NCBI GenBank assembly: GCA_012295275.1
Contig: CM022667.1
Span: forward strand, 22,320,001 to 22,384,000
Direction of reading: 5' to 3'
DNA: 64,000 nucleotides
Origin: Chrysomallon squamiferum
Lineage: Eukaryota; Animalia; Mollusca
Positions 27,998 through 41,389 of the stretch are shown here, in pieces. The notes below the pieces were generated by a model. That model searched no databases, was not told the DNA's origin, and saw only the letters and a program-made list of their open reading frames with translations. Position 1 is the first letter of the stretch. Every line of letters starts with the position of its first letter. The position numbers and the translations under genes are program-made.

Positions 27998-28647
27998 CTT
28001 TAAAATAAAATATAATATAATAAAGCTTAATCATTTAATGTATACTTATAGGAATTCTGTGACACTGAATATTCTATTTGTATCGGTTTACCTTCAAAAG
28101 AATGTTTATGCCCAACAATGAGTCAAATGACAAAACAATAACGGTAAGACAAACAAAAAGAGTATCAATTTATTACCTATTATTATTTATTTTTTATTAT
28201 TTTTCTTTTTCTTTAGGAATTTACAATATTATCATAACAATGCTGCTGGCTAGTAATTAAAATATATAGTCAGTGAGTGAGTGACTGAATTTTTATATTA
28301 CTTTTACAAAAAATTCCGAAACAAGATTTTCTTTGAGTAATGTATGATTTATCAATTTAGAAAATGTATGTATGTGTGTGTATATATATATATATATAAA
28401 CTTGAAATTACCAGAAATTAAAACAAAACGGCAAATAAATAAATTCTCAGTCACAACCGCACATGTGGACGAAGACATGACACCAGAAATGAAACATGAT
28501 TGGTCAAATAATAATCGACTGGTAAACAGCAAAATAAAGAAGACGATTTGCTTACCTTGGCGGGAATTTGTTTTAGTATTGGTCTAACATTTTCGAAGAA
28601 GAAATGTGTTCATTTATTTCTTGAGTTAATATAACTGTGATTTTCAG
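27998..28647. promoter_or_regulatory. Shared bidirectional promoter / 5'-UTR exon region of UTP4 and CHTF8
   Basis: Both ATG-containing exons begin at splice acceptors facing this 650-bp interval (UTP4 at 27997 on -, CHTF8 at 28648 on +), so non-coding first exons must lie upstream of each. The region is locally CpG-retaining and has candidate donors on both strands. Confidence 0.7.
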
Positions 28648-28664
28648 TCTTAGCTGAAGCTGCA

Positions 28665-31600
28665 ATGGTTCAGGTTTTTATTAAAGTGTATGTTTTAATA
28701 AATTAATTGATGCATTCGCAATTCGGCCACTAGTATTGAACTATTATAAGTTTTAAAAAGCATGATGTATTGTATCATGTGGTCACGTTACTTATCATTC
28801 CCCCCCAAAAAAAAACACAAAAAAACAAACAACACCCCCAAAAACTATATAAATAAAAGAAAAGAGCTAAAAAGAGATAAATTAAAAATGTAAAAAACGT
28901 AATTAAGTGACACTGACAGTTTTATTCATGTTTCCCCACCCTACAATTTGGTAAACGAGTCTGTAAATTTTTGTATCACCTTATTTTTAGTTTTTTAAGG
29001 AATTTATTATTATTATTGTTATTATTATTTTAACTGCACAGGCAGCAATTAAAAAAAAAAAAAATTAAAATTAAAAAAAAATAAACCCAGAATACTAAGT
29101 AAAAGTACTATGACCGTATAATCACGTCTCAGAAACGTTTACCAAAAAAAAAAAAAACCCCAAAACTCCCAACATGTAATAATAATAATAATAATTTATA
29201 AACTGAGAAAAACATTGTTTTTCTCACATTCATGATATTCAGTATTGTCATAAAATGATAAATGTTTAGGGTTAGGGTTAGGATTTTATTAGCATGATTT
29301 GTATAAATTTGTAACGATGCATGTTTTGAAATTTAATTACTGTGAAAAATATAGCATGACTATAATGAAAATGAATAAACAGTAATTTAACTAATTATTA
29401 TAATAATTATAATTATAGATAGTATTGTATGTAAAAGGTTGTTATTTTAGAATTTCTTTTCAGTTAGGTTTCCTCTTATTAGGTACTTGACATAAACTTA
29501 ACTTCGCCACAGCTGAAGGTCACCCAATTTTTGTTTTCCTTGAAGGGAGTTTCATTATTATATTTTTATAATTTCAAAATCAAAATATATAGTATACATA
29601 TTCAGCTTAATAAACACAAGAAAATATAAGATGGTCTTAAAAGTTCAATGTTTTGTTATTTTGTTTGATTCATTAATTGTGTGGCATAATATTTTCTTTC
29701 TGATAAAGATGTTGATTATGAAGATAGTTCTTAGCAAATCAGATTTTTATGAATGTTTTTTTGGTATCTATATAATGAAGTTCTTAGGCAAATTAATGCT
29801 AATTAATTGATATTTAAAAAAAGGGGGGTATGTGAGCAATATGAGTGAAAACATAAAGGCCTGTACAATTCTGGAAAAATCAGTTTGGAAAAATGTACTT
29901 TTTGTATACTGGTTTAATTTCTATTGAATTTTTGAGAATATATAAAAAACACATACGGGGTCATCCACGTCAAATCACCCAATGGGTTAAACCCGACCGT
30001 CTCAGATTTTTATAAAACTTGGTATGCTTGTTGACTGGGATCCCACAGCACTAAATCTGAAATTTTTAAAATCTCTATTATGGCTAAACAAAAAATATTA
30101 CACCCAGGAAACTTTTATATGTGAACTTTATGCATACATGTAGGCCTACAATGTCTTACTCAATGATCAAGAAAGATGGTGATTCCTAGCATCCAGAATT
30201 GATCATTCAGGTTTTAGTTAATCAGATGTTATTGGCTGAAAAGGTGTTATTTTCATGTATGTGCATTTTTTAAATCTATATTGTGGCTAAACAAAACATA
30301 TTACACCCAGTAAACTTTTATATGTTTTAGTTAACATGTGGGAGATTAAATTTCAATAAAGGTCATCTCAAGGTCACGTGATCCACACGGTCAGTTTCAA
30401 GGTCATAGCAAAGGTCATAAGGTCAATGTACTCCAATATTTTCCAAACTGAACAAAAATGGCAGATTTGGAATCCTTGTCATATTGCCTTTTCAACAATA
30501 CCAATTTTATGAAGATTGGCCCAGTAGTTCCAGAGATATGAGGGTTCTAAGGTTGGTGGTCACACCCATTTTTGCCAAAAATCTAAAAATTCGGTGGGCC
30601 ATATCTCCAACACCACTGGTCCAATTGGTCAACAAGTATACCAAGTTTTATAAAAATCTGAGATGGTCGGGTTTAAATTTTTTTTGGGTGATTTGACATG
30701 GAATGACCCTAAGGTATATTTGAGGTAATCAGTGCAATTAATTAATTAAAATTCATAAGTGTTAGTTCTAGAACTCAACAAAAGTTTAGTTTGATAAATA
30801 TATTACATGTACATTGGTCCAGATAATTTTTAATAACTGCTTTTCTGAACTGTATAATAGCATAACCGTAACACAGGGTATTTGCAGTTGATATATTAAT
30901 AGATTAATGTTATTTGCAGGAGATAATCCATTTTTTTGGCGCATTTTGTCCTGATATTTATTTGTAGTCTGAAATGGTATGTAGGATATGAAGAAGAGGA
31001 AGAAAAGTATATGGATAACAAATTGCTATGTGGTTGTTCTGTACCTTTTATGCCTTTTTGAGTCGTACATTTTTTTATGGTTATTGTGGTAAAATTCAAA
31101 CCCTGTATTAATGAATCCATTATTTTTCTAGTTTTATGATTCATCAATTGAACATGTCAAAGTTGCTGTTTTAAACAGACCAGACTTAAGGTATTACATT
31201 GGCTTAACATTAAAAAAAAATTACTGTGACTATGTGTATAATCTAATAGATACATTTTTAAATTTGACTTTCTTGTCCTGTTTAAATATGAAAACTTTCT
31301 ATTTAGTTTTTTCCTTTTTATCTTTTATTAAATTATTATTTTATATATGTTTCAGACCAAATGGAAGTTCATGCCCAGAATGGGCTATACTTGATATTCA
31401 AGGTGATCTGGAAACTAGACATGATGTACCATTGAGTGGAAAGTTTATAGGTGATCTTCATTTTACGTATACGGTAATTAATTACTAATTAGGTTAGACT
31501 TACATATTATTTACTTTTATTATTAAAAAATTAATGTATTCTGGAAATTTTGATACCTAAGATGTTATTGATGTCTAATGCTGTTATTCAAATTTATTAA

Positions 31601-32796
31601 CAGTGGTCTTTCTAGTGAATAATAGACTATAAGCTTTTAAAAAAAGAAAAAGAATCCATATGATGTCTTATAAAAATAAATTCAATTCTGCAGCAGCATT
31701 TCTAGTTCAGAAGTAAGATATTCTACTTAGCAAACTCACTCCATTGCATGATTATCCTGTATGGCAGCCCTTGATGCTGTAATCTTGGATTCCAGAATTA
31801 TTGTGTTGACACTAAAAAAAGAAAGAAAAAAGGCTGAGATACAAACCAGGGTGGCAGCCATGAGGTTATGTTGACCAGGATTCACAATCTGACCTTTGTT
31901 TTCACATTGAAGCTGAAACAGGATTTTCCTTAAAACTTGGCATTATGCACAGGTGTTTTCAACATGAAAATGTACATGCCAGTGCAGCTAAATCTTTCCA
32001 TTAATATTTCTTTAAAAAACCCAGCTAACAGGAAGTACTGCAAATAAGCAGTACAAATATAAACCCTAAACATTTCAAAGGTAAGTTATTGGGCACAATA
32101 TTGGTCCTCGTCAACTACCAGTTTTGCTACAAAATAATCATGAAGAAAAACAGCAAATTTTAGCCTGCTTAAAATTTAATCCTCTATTTATATATATATA
32201 CATAAGAAAATAAAGTGGCCTAAAAGGTTTGCCCTGACCAGTTTTAGACTGAAATATATCTTTAAAACAAGACTTAGGAAAAACAAAATATTTCTTTTTA
32301 CAGAATGTGTAAAAACTAAAAATATATCTTCTTATGTTAGAATGTTCTTTAGACTGTTTTACTATATTGTGTACTTTCCTGACAGAAATATCTGATACGT
32401 GATAAGAGCAGCCCTTTAAATGCTTTCCTATCTGATATCTTTAGACAACAAACATGATTAAACTTTATTAATTCATCAATATTAAAATGTGTTGAGGGCT
32501 GCTAATTCTAAAAATAATTTCTTAGGAATAATTTAAATATAAATGAAGAAATTTGTGACACTACTCTTTTCCAGGACATTCCAATCCTCCTTATTGGGCA
32601 TCATATTCTGTATGGAAAGGTTATTGAACTTGATAAACCACTAGCTGTTCTTATAAAGAACAGTACTGCTGATTCAGCAGTGGAGGCAGGTCAGAGAAAG
32701 ACAACTCATTACATCATCCAAGCAGTTATCAAGAAAAAACTTACATTCAGAACAAGGCCGAAACCCATTATTGCCAGTGTTCCCAAGAAATTGTGA
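28665..32796 (+). CDS. CHTF8: Chromosome transmission fidelity factor 8 (Ctf18-RFC subunit), 120 aa
   Basis: Exons 28665-28687, 31356-31473 and 32575-32796 give MVQVFIKV-PNGSSCPEWAILDIQGDLETR...[35 protein letters not shown]...[25 protein letters not shown] and RPKPI are Ctf8 signatures. Confidence 0.96.
29266..29282 (+). repeat. Short interstitial (TTAGGG)~3
   Basis: ttagggttagggttagg directly visible in a CHTF8 intron. Confidence 0.6.
29958..30709. mobile_element. Non-autonomous DNA transposon (MITE), Sola2-like termini
   Basis: ~80-bp imperfect TIRs GGGTCATCCACGTCAAATCACCCAA...CTCAGATTTTTATAAAACTTGGTATGCTTGTTGAC and their reverse complement ending ...GGAATGACCC. 4-bp flanks TACG/TAAG (one mismatch). 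Internal ~60-bp direct repeat at 30063-30122 and 30266-30325. GRG termini with a 4-bp TSD fit Sola2. Confidence 0.8.
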
Positions 32797-34001
32797 ACTG
32801 ATTATGGAATGAAACTCATCCATCAACTGATTAATGCTGCAACCTGCCAACAGTTGTTCATGTTCAGACAATGGTGATGCATACTATCTGTGATAACACG
32901 GCAAATGGATGATTATTATTTCATTAGACTTGTACACACTACTTGAACGGTTTCATGAAGCCTGTGACTTAATTTTAGTTTTATTAATGGATGTCGTATT
33001 TCCTGAACCAATCTCAGTTGATACAGAGAGCAATATCCTATTGGTTCATAACTCTGTAAATTCAGTTTGCTAATGTATAGTTTTGAAATATTTCTTTTGT
33101 ACAGCCAGGAATAAAATTCTAAAATATAATTTTATTTTATCTAGTTTTTAATCTGTCTATATGTATTATAGGTTAATATTACTTGCAATATTTTCATAAA
33201 TGGTAAAATACATAGACTAAATTTTAATGTTGTATGTAACGATACATTTTGTCCTTAAAATATGGATTATTTAATTCAGAAGTTACTGTTTTGCAGCATA
33301 TGTTGAAGTGATTGGCAACCTTCTTTTTTAACTGTTAAATTTACAAGCCCTCAATTCCCTTTGAAAGAATTGTTATGACATAAGAAATTGTATTTTAAAA
33401 GCACTCAAAAGAATCTGTAAAGATTGAAATTTTAAAGTATTTTTTGAAGGTTTCTATTTTATGATTGAGACAAAAAGGAAATGCTAACCTTTCAACATAT
33501 TGACATATGTTCTGTTAATAAAAATGTTCATTATTAAAATTTGTTAGTGAGCTCATTACAGTTACATTATAAATGATGGCAGTTTTCTGTCAGCATAACA
33601 TTCAGGCTTCATAAGAAAAGGCATAGCTGAAAGGGACTATTGATGACATGAGAATTTTTCATTGTTGCCACTGAACGATTTTGTCCAATTAATGAAAATT
33701 CACAGCTTCTGTCTTTGTATATAAGTGATTAAAATGCAACAGCAAAAATAGATTTTTGATCCCCTTTATTAAAAAGAATAATGAAATGTGGCTCCTGGTT
33801 TCCACTTTTTTTATCATTATGTAAAAGTTAAGATTTCAGTCATTGTCCATTTCAATACTTTTATACTAAAACTGGTTTTAATAAAGAGATGATGATGATT
33901 TACACAGTTTGATCTTCAATACTCTTAAAAGATTTGAGAAGTATTAACTTTCTCACTTCAGTTCCGATGAAGTTTCTGGCTGCATTTATTCTTATGTTGT
34001 A

Positions 34002-37000
34002 CTGAAATTAGACCATATTCAGTCAGCATACTTTTTCAAGTAAAAGCTTCATGATACTTGTCACTAATTCTAATGTTGAATGATCTGCAAGTCAGTGTCT
34101 CTACTTTAAGTGCTGGTAATATAATTTACATTATGCTAGTATTATGTCCTCTTGCCATCAGTAAATAATAATATGCATGCTTTAAACTTTCCTGGGTTTT
34201 CATGTCTGAATATGGTCAAATTAATGGTTATACTTCATGATCTTGTTGACCTAAAATTAGAAAGCAGTTAATTATTAACTCAGTAAAGCTGTATCATCTG
34301 TTAATGAAATCAAAGAATGTTCAATAATATATATTTTTATGTTTGGTATGTCAAATGGATCCACATCCATTGTCAAGTAATTCTGCTGTTGAATTTATCA
34401 TCCAACAATTCCTGACATTGTTTTTTTTTTTTTTGCTATGATTTTTTATTGTTTTAAAAATATTACATACACATGAACAAAAAGGGAGGGGGGAATAATA
34501 AATTAAAAATGAATAAAAAAATAAAGAACAAAAACAACTACAACAGTAGTAATAACAGTAACAGTCAAGTTGCGCTGAACATATTTACAAGTAGTGACAA
34601 ACTTTCATTTGACCTATATTAGGTTTTTAATTCTTATTTTCTCTTTTTCAAGCCTGAAATGACTTGTTGTGCATCTGAAAAGAATAAGAAAGTAATTAAC
34701 TTACTTACATTATTATATACAGTTTTATGATCCAATAACCTGGTTAGTATTAGGTCCTATTGTTTAAATATATATTATATACACACACATATACACACAT
34801 ACACTCATACACATACACACACATAATTCTATTATTAGATTACTTTAATCAACTAGTTAATTAATTTGTCAGCTGATCAATCAATCTCAATTAAATTATT
34901 TATTTATTGTTTTGTTTGTTATTATATGTTACTTTAATATTGTGTTTAAAATTTGTAAATAAATCATGCAGATGTGGCAGAAAACTAAATTTGCTATGTA
35001 ATCTTAAATCCATGACATAAAAATAAAACATGCAGATGTCGCAGAAAAGTAAATTTGATATGTAATCTGAATTTCATGACTATTTTATTTATATACCTTC
35101 TTTTGATTTTTCCATGGATTCACCAATGTGTCAACATCTTTGGAATCTTCTACCTGTATAGTGAAATTAATAAAACTCTTCAAACCATATGCAGAAATAA
35201 TGGATCCAAGAGTTCATTATTTTCCATTGAATGTCCTGCTGTTCTCTATACACTGAAAATAATGACAAACATTCTAGTATTATATAGAAATCATTTACTA
35301 AATAATTTTAGTTATTTTATAGCTGTGTTGTAATAATGATAATAATAATTTTTAAAAACATGTTTCCATATTAATTCACTACATTAAGCCCATTATCTCT
35401 TTCTTTTTGTGGTCTAAATTTGGCAGAGTTTATTCTTTTAGAAAAGAGCCATGCTTGTAATTCTAAAATTAAAATTTGATGAAATATTTAATGCTTACAA
35501 AAGAAAAAGAATTTTTAGGTATCACTGTCCATTTCTTGTCAAAATTGTGCAAGTTACTAAGAAAATTATTCATTTCTTTTCTCTAGTAATATAGTGAACT
35601 GTTATTAATTTTTCAGTATCATTATTCTGAGAAAATGTATTTAAAAATATTAATTATTTTGAAAAAGTTATATATCACACAAAAAACTACCAAATATTTC
35701 TGTCAAAAACTTTAGACATAGCTACTAGAATAGCTACTGTAGATTGAAATGTACACAAAATTAGTAATTCCAAACCCAGTAAACATAAACACTTTATTAA
35801 ATTGGCTACCTGTTACCGTACTGAACTGAGTAAAAAAAATTGCCTCTGGAATTTAAAATCTGTTTTACACCATTTGGTATAAAAATTATCTTGATAGACT
35901 AAAATATATTCAAGAAATTGTCCATCATCAGAAATGAATGTTAGAATTTCTATTAATATTGAACAGACCATTCAAATAAACTTGAATGAAAGAAACTATT
36001 GATAGAATTTTTTAAAATGTTAAGTCTTTGTAGCAAAAATGGTAACAAAAAGGTTAAACATTTAAAACAAAAATAGCACATCTATTAATAACCTTAACAA
36101 ATTTACCAGAACAAATAACTGCATGTCACTATAAAAGCTTATTGGTTAAAAATACTTCTTATACCAATTTCTAAATGTGCAAATTTGACAATAGAAAATA
36201 TGATTAAATATGGAGAATACTTCATCCAACTAAAAGTTGAACAAATACAACTTCTGGGAAGATGATTTACAAAGTCGGCTTAAAGAAAACCAATTAACAT
36301 TGAAGACTTACTAATGGAACATATTTGGTTTAAATATTTCAAAAGCTGGCAGAGTGTTCCTTTATAATGTTTTTGTTTGTGTATTTGATGAAAACAAAAA
36401 TGATAATTTTAATAATTTGTTATTAATATAAAATTCTACATTAACATGAAACTTACAAAGATAAAAATAGTGAATTAAAATTCATCATTCATAAACTACA
36501 GACTAAAAAATATTTGTCTTTTTCTTTTTAAAGAATGGCTTCAGTCCAAATAAATTTACAAATAATATATGTTAGTTTGGAAAAATAAAACTTAATGATT
36601 TGCATATAATTATGTCACTTTTTCTAAATCTTTTTTTATTTTTTTCTCCTGACAACAACATTTCCAACATAAATTTTCTTATTCACCTTGTGTTAAATCA
36701 AATACTATTTCTTACACTGTTATCAAGGCTGTTAGTTTTTCTTTAAAATTTGATATGAATATAATTTCTAATGTATAAATTATATAAAATTTTCAAAATT
36801 TCCTTGCTTTATTTTCAGGGACAATTTTATTTTTTATTTGACTAATGGAACCACACTTTTTATCACTATTCTTTTTATCAAATAAAATGAGAACTTTGTC
36901 CATTTTATTAATTTTTCTTTTCTTTTTCTGTCTTTTTTATCTGAGACTAAATTCAAGTCAATTTACTTAAAAGCTTCTTAATATTTGTCACTAATTCTAT

Positions 37001-37043
37001 GGTGTTAATGATCTGCAAAGTAATGTTTACTTAAAGTGCTAGT
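34002..37043 (+). repeat. Pair of diverged ~110-bp direct repeats (34002-34117 and 36941-37043)
   Basis: Shared aaagcttc..ata.ttgtcactaattcta..gtt.aatgatctgcaa...tactt.aagtgct.gt. Confidence 0.65.
34965..35080 (+). repeat. Tandem duplication, two ~63-bp units
   Basis: catgcagatgt(g/c)gcagaaaa.taaatttg.tatgtaatct.aa..catgac occurs twice. Confidence 0.75.
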
Positions 37044-37282
37044 GACATGATTAGTAGTGTACATATTGAAAACAATAAAATGGGCATGTTAATTTTATTA
37101 TCATTTTATTTATTTATTTATTTATTTATTATTTATTTATTTATATTTTTGTTATCCAAATATTTGAAAATTCACATTCTTTCTTTCTGTTGTAATGAAC
37201 ATTAATCCCTGCTTAAAAGAATTTCATAATCAATAAAATTACATGTTGGTAAATAATAATAATAAATTAATAATAATAATAA

Positions 37283-37410
37283 TTATTATGTAGTTTCCTC
37301 ATTTTTCTCCCCCATATTCTTCTTTTTATAATAATAATAATAATATTAATTATTATTATTATAATAAAAAGAAGAATATGGGGGAGAAAAACGAGGAAAC
37401 TACATAATAA
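37283..37410. repeat. 128-bp near-perfect palindrome (foldback)
   Basis: ttattatgtagtttcctcatttttctcccccatattcttctttttat is reverse-complementary to ataaaaagaagaatatgggggagaaaaacgaggaaactacataataa with one mismatch. The centre is (AAT)n/(ATT)n and is itself self-complementary. Confidence 0.92.
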
Positions 37411-40400
37411 GCTTTCAGCATATGTAATTTTATTCACAAAAAAACAAACAAAAAAAAAACATTTATTTATAAAATAAATATAAATACAAGGTTTCTAATA
37501 TTAAACTATAATTTTAAATTTTGTATCAGCGATAAAATTAATTTCACAGAAGTCGGAATTCTCACAACATATGAAGAGAGGAAGTAGGTATATAGGTCAG
37601 CTGTCACAAATCGATCGATGGGCCTTTAGTTTTGCATTGTGTCACGGTATCAGTTTTACACGCTGTCTGCTAAACCATTCATAACCAGATAAATTCTCAG
37701 TTTGTCCATAGATTCTCTTCTAATAAACATGGATATAAAAGTTCTATTAATACAGCAACCTCTAATCATTATAAGATTGTTTCTCACTTGTGTATAATTA
37801 CGTTATTTATTACTGTGTTCAGTTTTATGGATGATTATAAGGGAGTAGATGAATATTTACTAAATGTTAAGTTCTTCCCCCTCTTTTTTGAAAATATCTT
37901 AATGCACAACTGATGGCAATTACTACAACTGCTGCTACTGATATTAATGTTATTATTGCTACTTCATTACTACTGCTACTACTACTACTACTATTATTAT
38001 TAATGTATGCAGTAGAGGTACTAGCAGTATAATCAGCAATGGAAGTAGAAGTTGCAGTTGTTTTATACTTTTTAAATAAATGCTGATTCATGAATGATAT
38101 AACTTGAACAAATAGGTTTTGTTTATTTTCCCTCTATTTCATCGATATTAACCATTTGGTCAACTTACTTTATTTTCTGTAATAATTTAGTGTTTCTGGG
38201 TGCTTCTGAGAGAAGGAATATTGATACTGCATAAACAAAATACTTATTTAACCCAAGATTCTTTTAATTTTTAAATCTTATTTTATTTATTTATTTATTA
38301 TATATATTTTTTGAGTATGACTAGAAAAGTGCTCCTTGTTTTGTCCCAGAGACAGATTATAAATCTAAGACAGGTCGATCAAGGTTTACAGATTAACTTA
38401 AATATACAGGTAGAGTTACTACCTTAATATGTCAAACCATAAAAATCTGCAGTAATATAACATGTTTGCTGCAAAGACCGAATATTACCATTTACACATA
38501 CTTTTTTTGCAATCTTCTTTTTGTAGTTGTATATATCGACAACAGAAAATGATTTTTTACTAATTACATTATGATTATTATTATTGTAATATTTATTTAT
38601 TTAGTCTGCTTTTTAACAATGATATGAAAGAGTAAACCTCTGTTGTCATATACTCAACTAGGAATGAATCTTTCAAATGAGTATTTCCGATTACATGACA
38701 GGACATTCAACAGCTTTTATTTAGTCAGCCACGCACTTTATCCCCGATGCTACTATACTTAGTCGTATTCTCCTGAACGTAATAAGAAGTATAATAGAGA
38801 ACTATGTCTTTCTAGACAAGTTCCATGCCAAACCTACCTAAAATAAAAAAAGTTATATTAAGATTCAAATACATAGGCTATGTTGCTTGCTACAATAGTG
38901 TCAGATTACCATTTTTAAAATATATAATATTAAAGAAAAATAGTTAGAAAGAAATAGAAAGAAAGAATAGAATGATTTTGCTTAATTTATGATAGTTCTG
39001 ACATTGAAGCACAATCGATTTGTTTCAATGTAAATACATCTATAATACGTCCAGGCACCAAATGGGCGGTTTCGACGAGTTCCGAAACAAATCTCCATTG
39101 CGTCTTTCGCTAATTTCGGGGACGCTGTGATAAATTGGAAACGCAGATGAAGTAACGTCAACAAAACCATCTCTACGCACAACAGAAATCAGAAAATATA
39201 AATGATCACAGTCATTGCACTTTTTTGATGAAGGAAGCCGCCTTTCGCATAAACATGAACACGTGATATGCTGTGGATTGATGAAGCCCATTTTTTAGAA
39301 ATGATTTCTATTTCGGGATGATTAAATATGTCAGTAATGGAATGGTATCCAATGATATAAATGTATCATTTATAGACAGAAAAAAAGAAATATATTATTG
39401 GATTAGGTGAAAAATAACTTTTGAATATAATTCGTTTAATTTCAACATTGATTATATTTTCTTCTATTTACTTTTTCTCGTGTTATCAACCCATTTTTCA
39501 CGAGAAAACGATAAATACTTTTTATGTTTATGTGTCGTTCTCTCTATCACTCACATAAACATTCTGATGCACATGCTCTCTCCCTCTCTCTCTCTTTTTG
39601 AAAATATGCATTAGTTTGTAATTTAAAAGAAGCCTTGATTTAAATACACCTGGAATCGATAAAACGTAATAAAATATATTAAAAGCGAGCGAAATGTTGA
39701 AATAAATATTACAATGTTTCTGTGTGGGTCTGTGCCCATGTATATATGTGTGTGCTTATGTATGTGCATGTATTTGTATGTGTGTGTGTGTGTGTGTGTA
39801 GCGCCTGCCTTTGTATCTTGTAAATCAGTGTGTAAATATAGGTGCGTATTTGTATGTTTTGTGAGTATATGCATATGTATATGTATCTGTTTGTGAGTGT
39901 TACATTGAGAGAAGATCGAGACACTGCCATACGCGACGAATATAAAAGAAGTAAAAAGGTAAGTGAGAGTCCAGAGAAATTAAATGGCGCCAGCACATGA
40001 GTAAATATACTAATATATATAATTAATTTTGGCGTTAAATTTTGTTAATACAATGAACCAATGAAAATATATTAAGCTTCTTTTTTATAGTAAAACAGTA
40101 TGCTCCATATTCCTTACAACTCGGCACAAGATAATAGTAAACATTACGGCTCAAGACATTTGTAACAAATAGCATTTAACAGAATATATGACAAGACCTC
40201 CATTAAAAATACTTTCTTCACATTCTGTTTTTTGTCTTGTCCTTGTATTTAAAATAAAGACTTTGAAAATAAAAATATTTGATTTGACAGTTGATTATCA
40301 TCATGCTTTGTTGCTTAATCAGGACTAATATGGGGGATGTTCGTGTAGTAGAGTTTGAAATATTATGAATTTTAATCTGATCAGTGGTTATTTGAGACTT

Positions 40401-41323
40401 GATGAGTAGACTTAATTTATGGGACACGTTTATGAAATCGAGACTGTTTTGTACGAAATACTCCTTTAAATATTTTTAATTTTCGTTATCTGTTTTTAGC
40501 TTTTTTAATATCTCTCTCTCTCTCAGAATATATTTATTGTCGTACAATGCATGATGTTAGTTTTATGCAATCACTATTACTATTTAAGTAAATGAGTTAA
40601 AATAACTAACACATTTACAAATACACACACACAAACAGAAAAATATAAGCATGTACACACACATACATAGGCCTGTTATTTCTCTCTCACCTGCAAACCT
40701 ACAGCACAAACGGATGCACACAACAAACGAACAAAGCAATCATTTTATTTTCTTGAGGGTAGGAATGCAAGTGGAAAACAGTAGGGAAGTTTTTGGATAA
40801 CCCACAATTTATTTCGTTTCTTGCAAACACGTGTAAAACAATGGATGGACAAATAAAGATTCTGTTAACCAAGTAAAGACAAAGTTGGATTTTTCCTCTT
40901 CTTCTCGTTATATTTTTAATCTAAGGCTTCATACGGGGTATGAAATACCTTCATTTTAAAGCTGGAAAGTGGTTTTAATAGAACGAATGAAGACTTACAC
41001 GACACCTCATTACCAGGTAATCAAAGCTGAATCACTGTGCCACTTACAGCGGAAACCGTAGCTATGAATTTTTTAGTTTCATCTGACCAATAAAAATCCA
41101 TGATGTAAAACTATGGTGCCAAAAATATATATGACTGACATAATACAAAGCAGTTATTTTATTGTTCAAATATTCAAAGTTAGTTATATCGTTAATAGAA
41201 AGAAAAGGTTTCCATCTCCGCATCCACTGTCAGCTTTGTCCTCCAGTATCAGTCAATTAGAAAAACAACGGTGAATTTTGTTATTACGTTAAAGGTACCA
41301 TATTAATAAATTGGATGTTATTA

Positions 41324-41389
<66 letters not shown>

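Noticed and set aside
29266-29282. Telomere or chromosome-fusion scar
   Set aside because: Only about three units; such short runs are common in dispersed repeats.
32674-32871. Antisense ORF over the last CHTF8 exon; likewise antisense ORFs over the LINE and exon 6930-7478
   Set aside because: Shadow frames of real coding sequence with no independent support.
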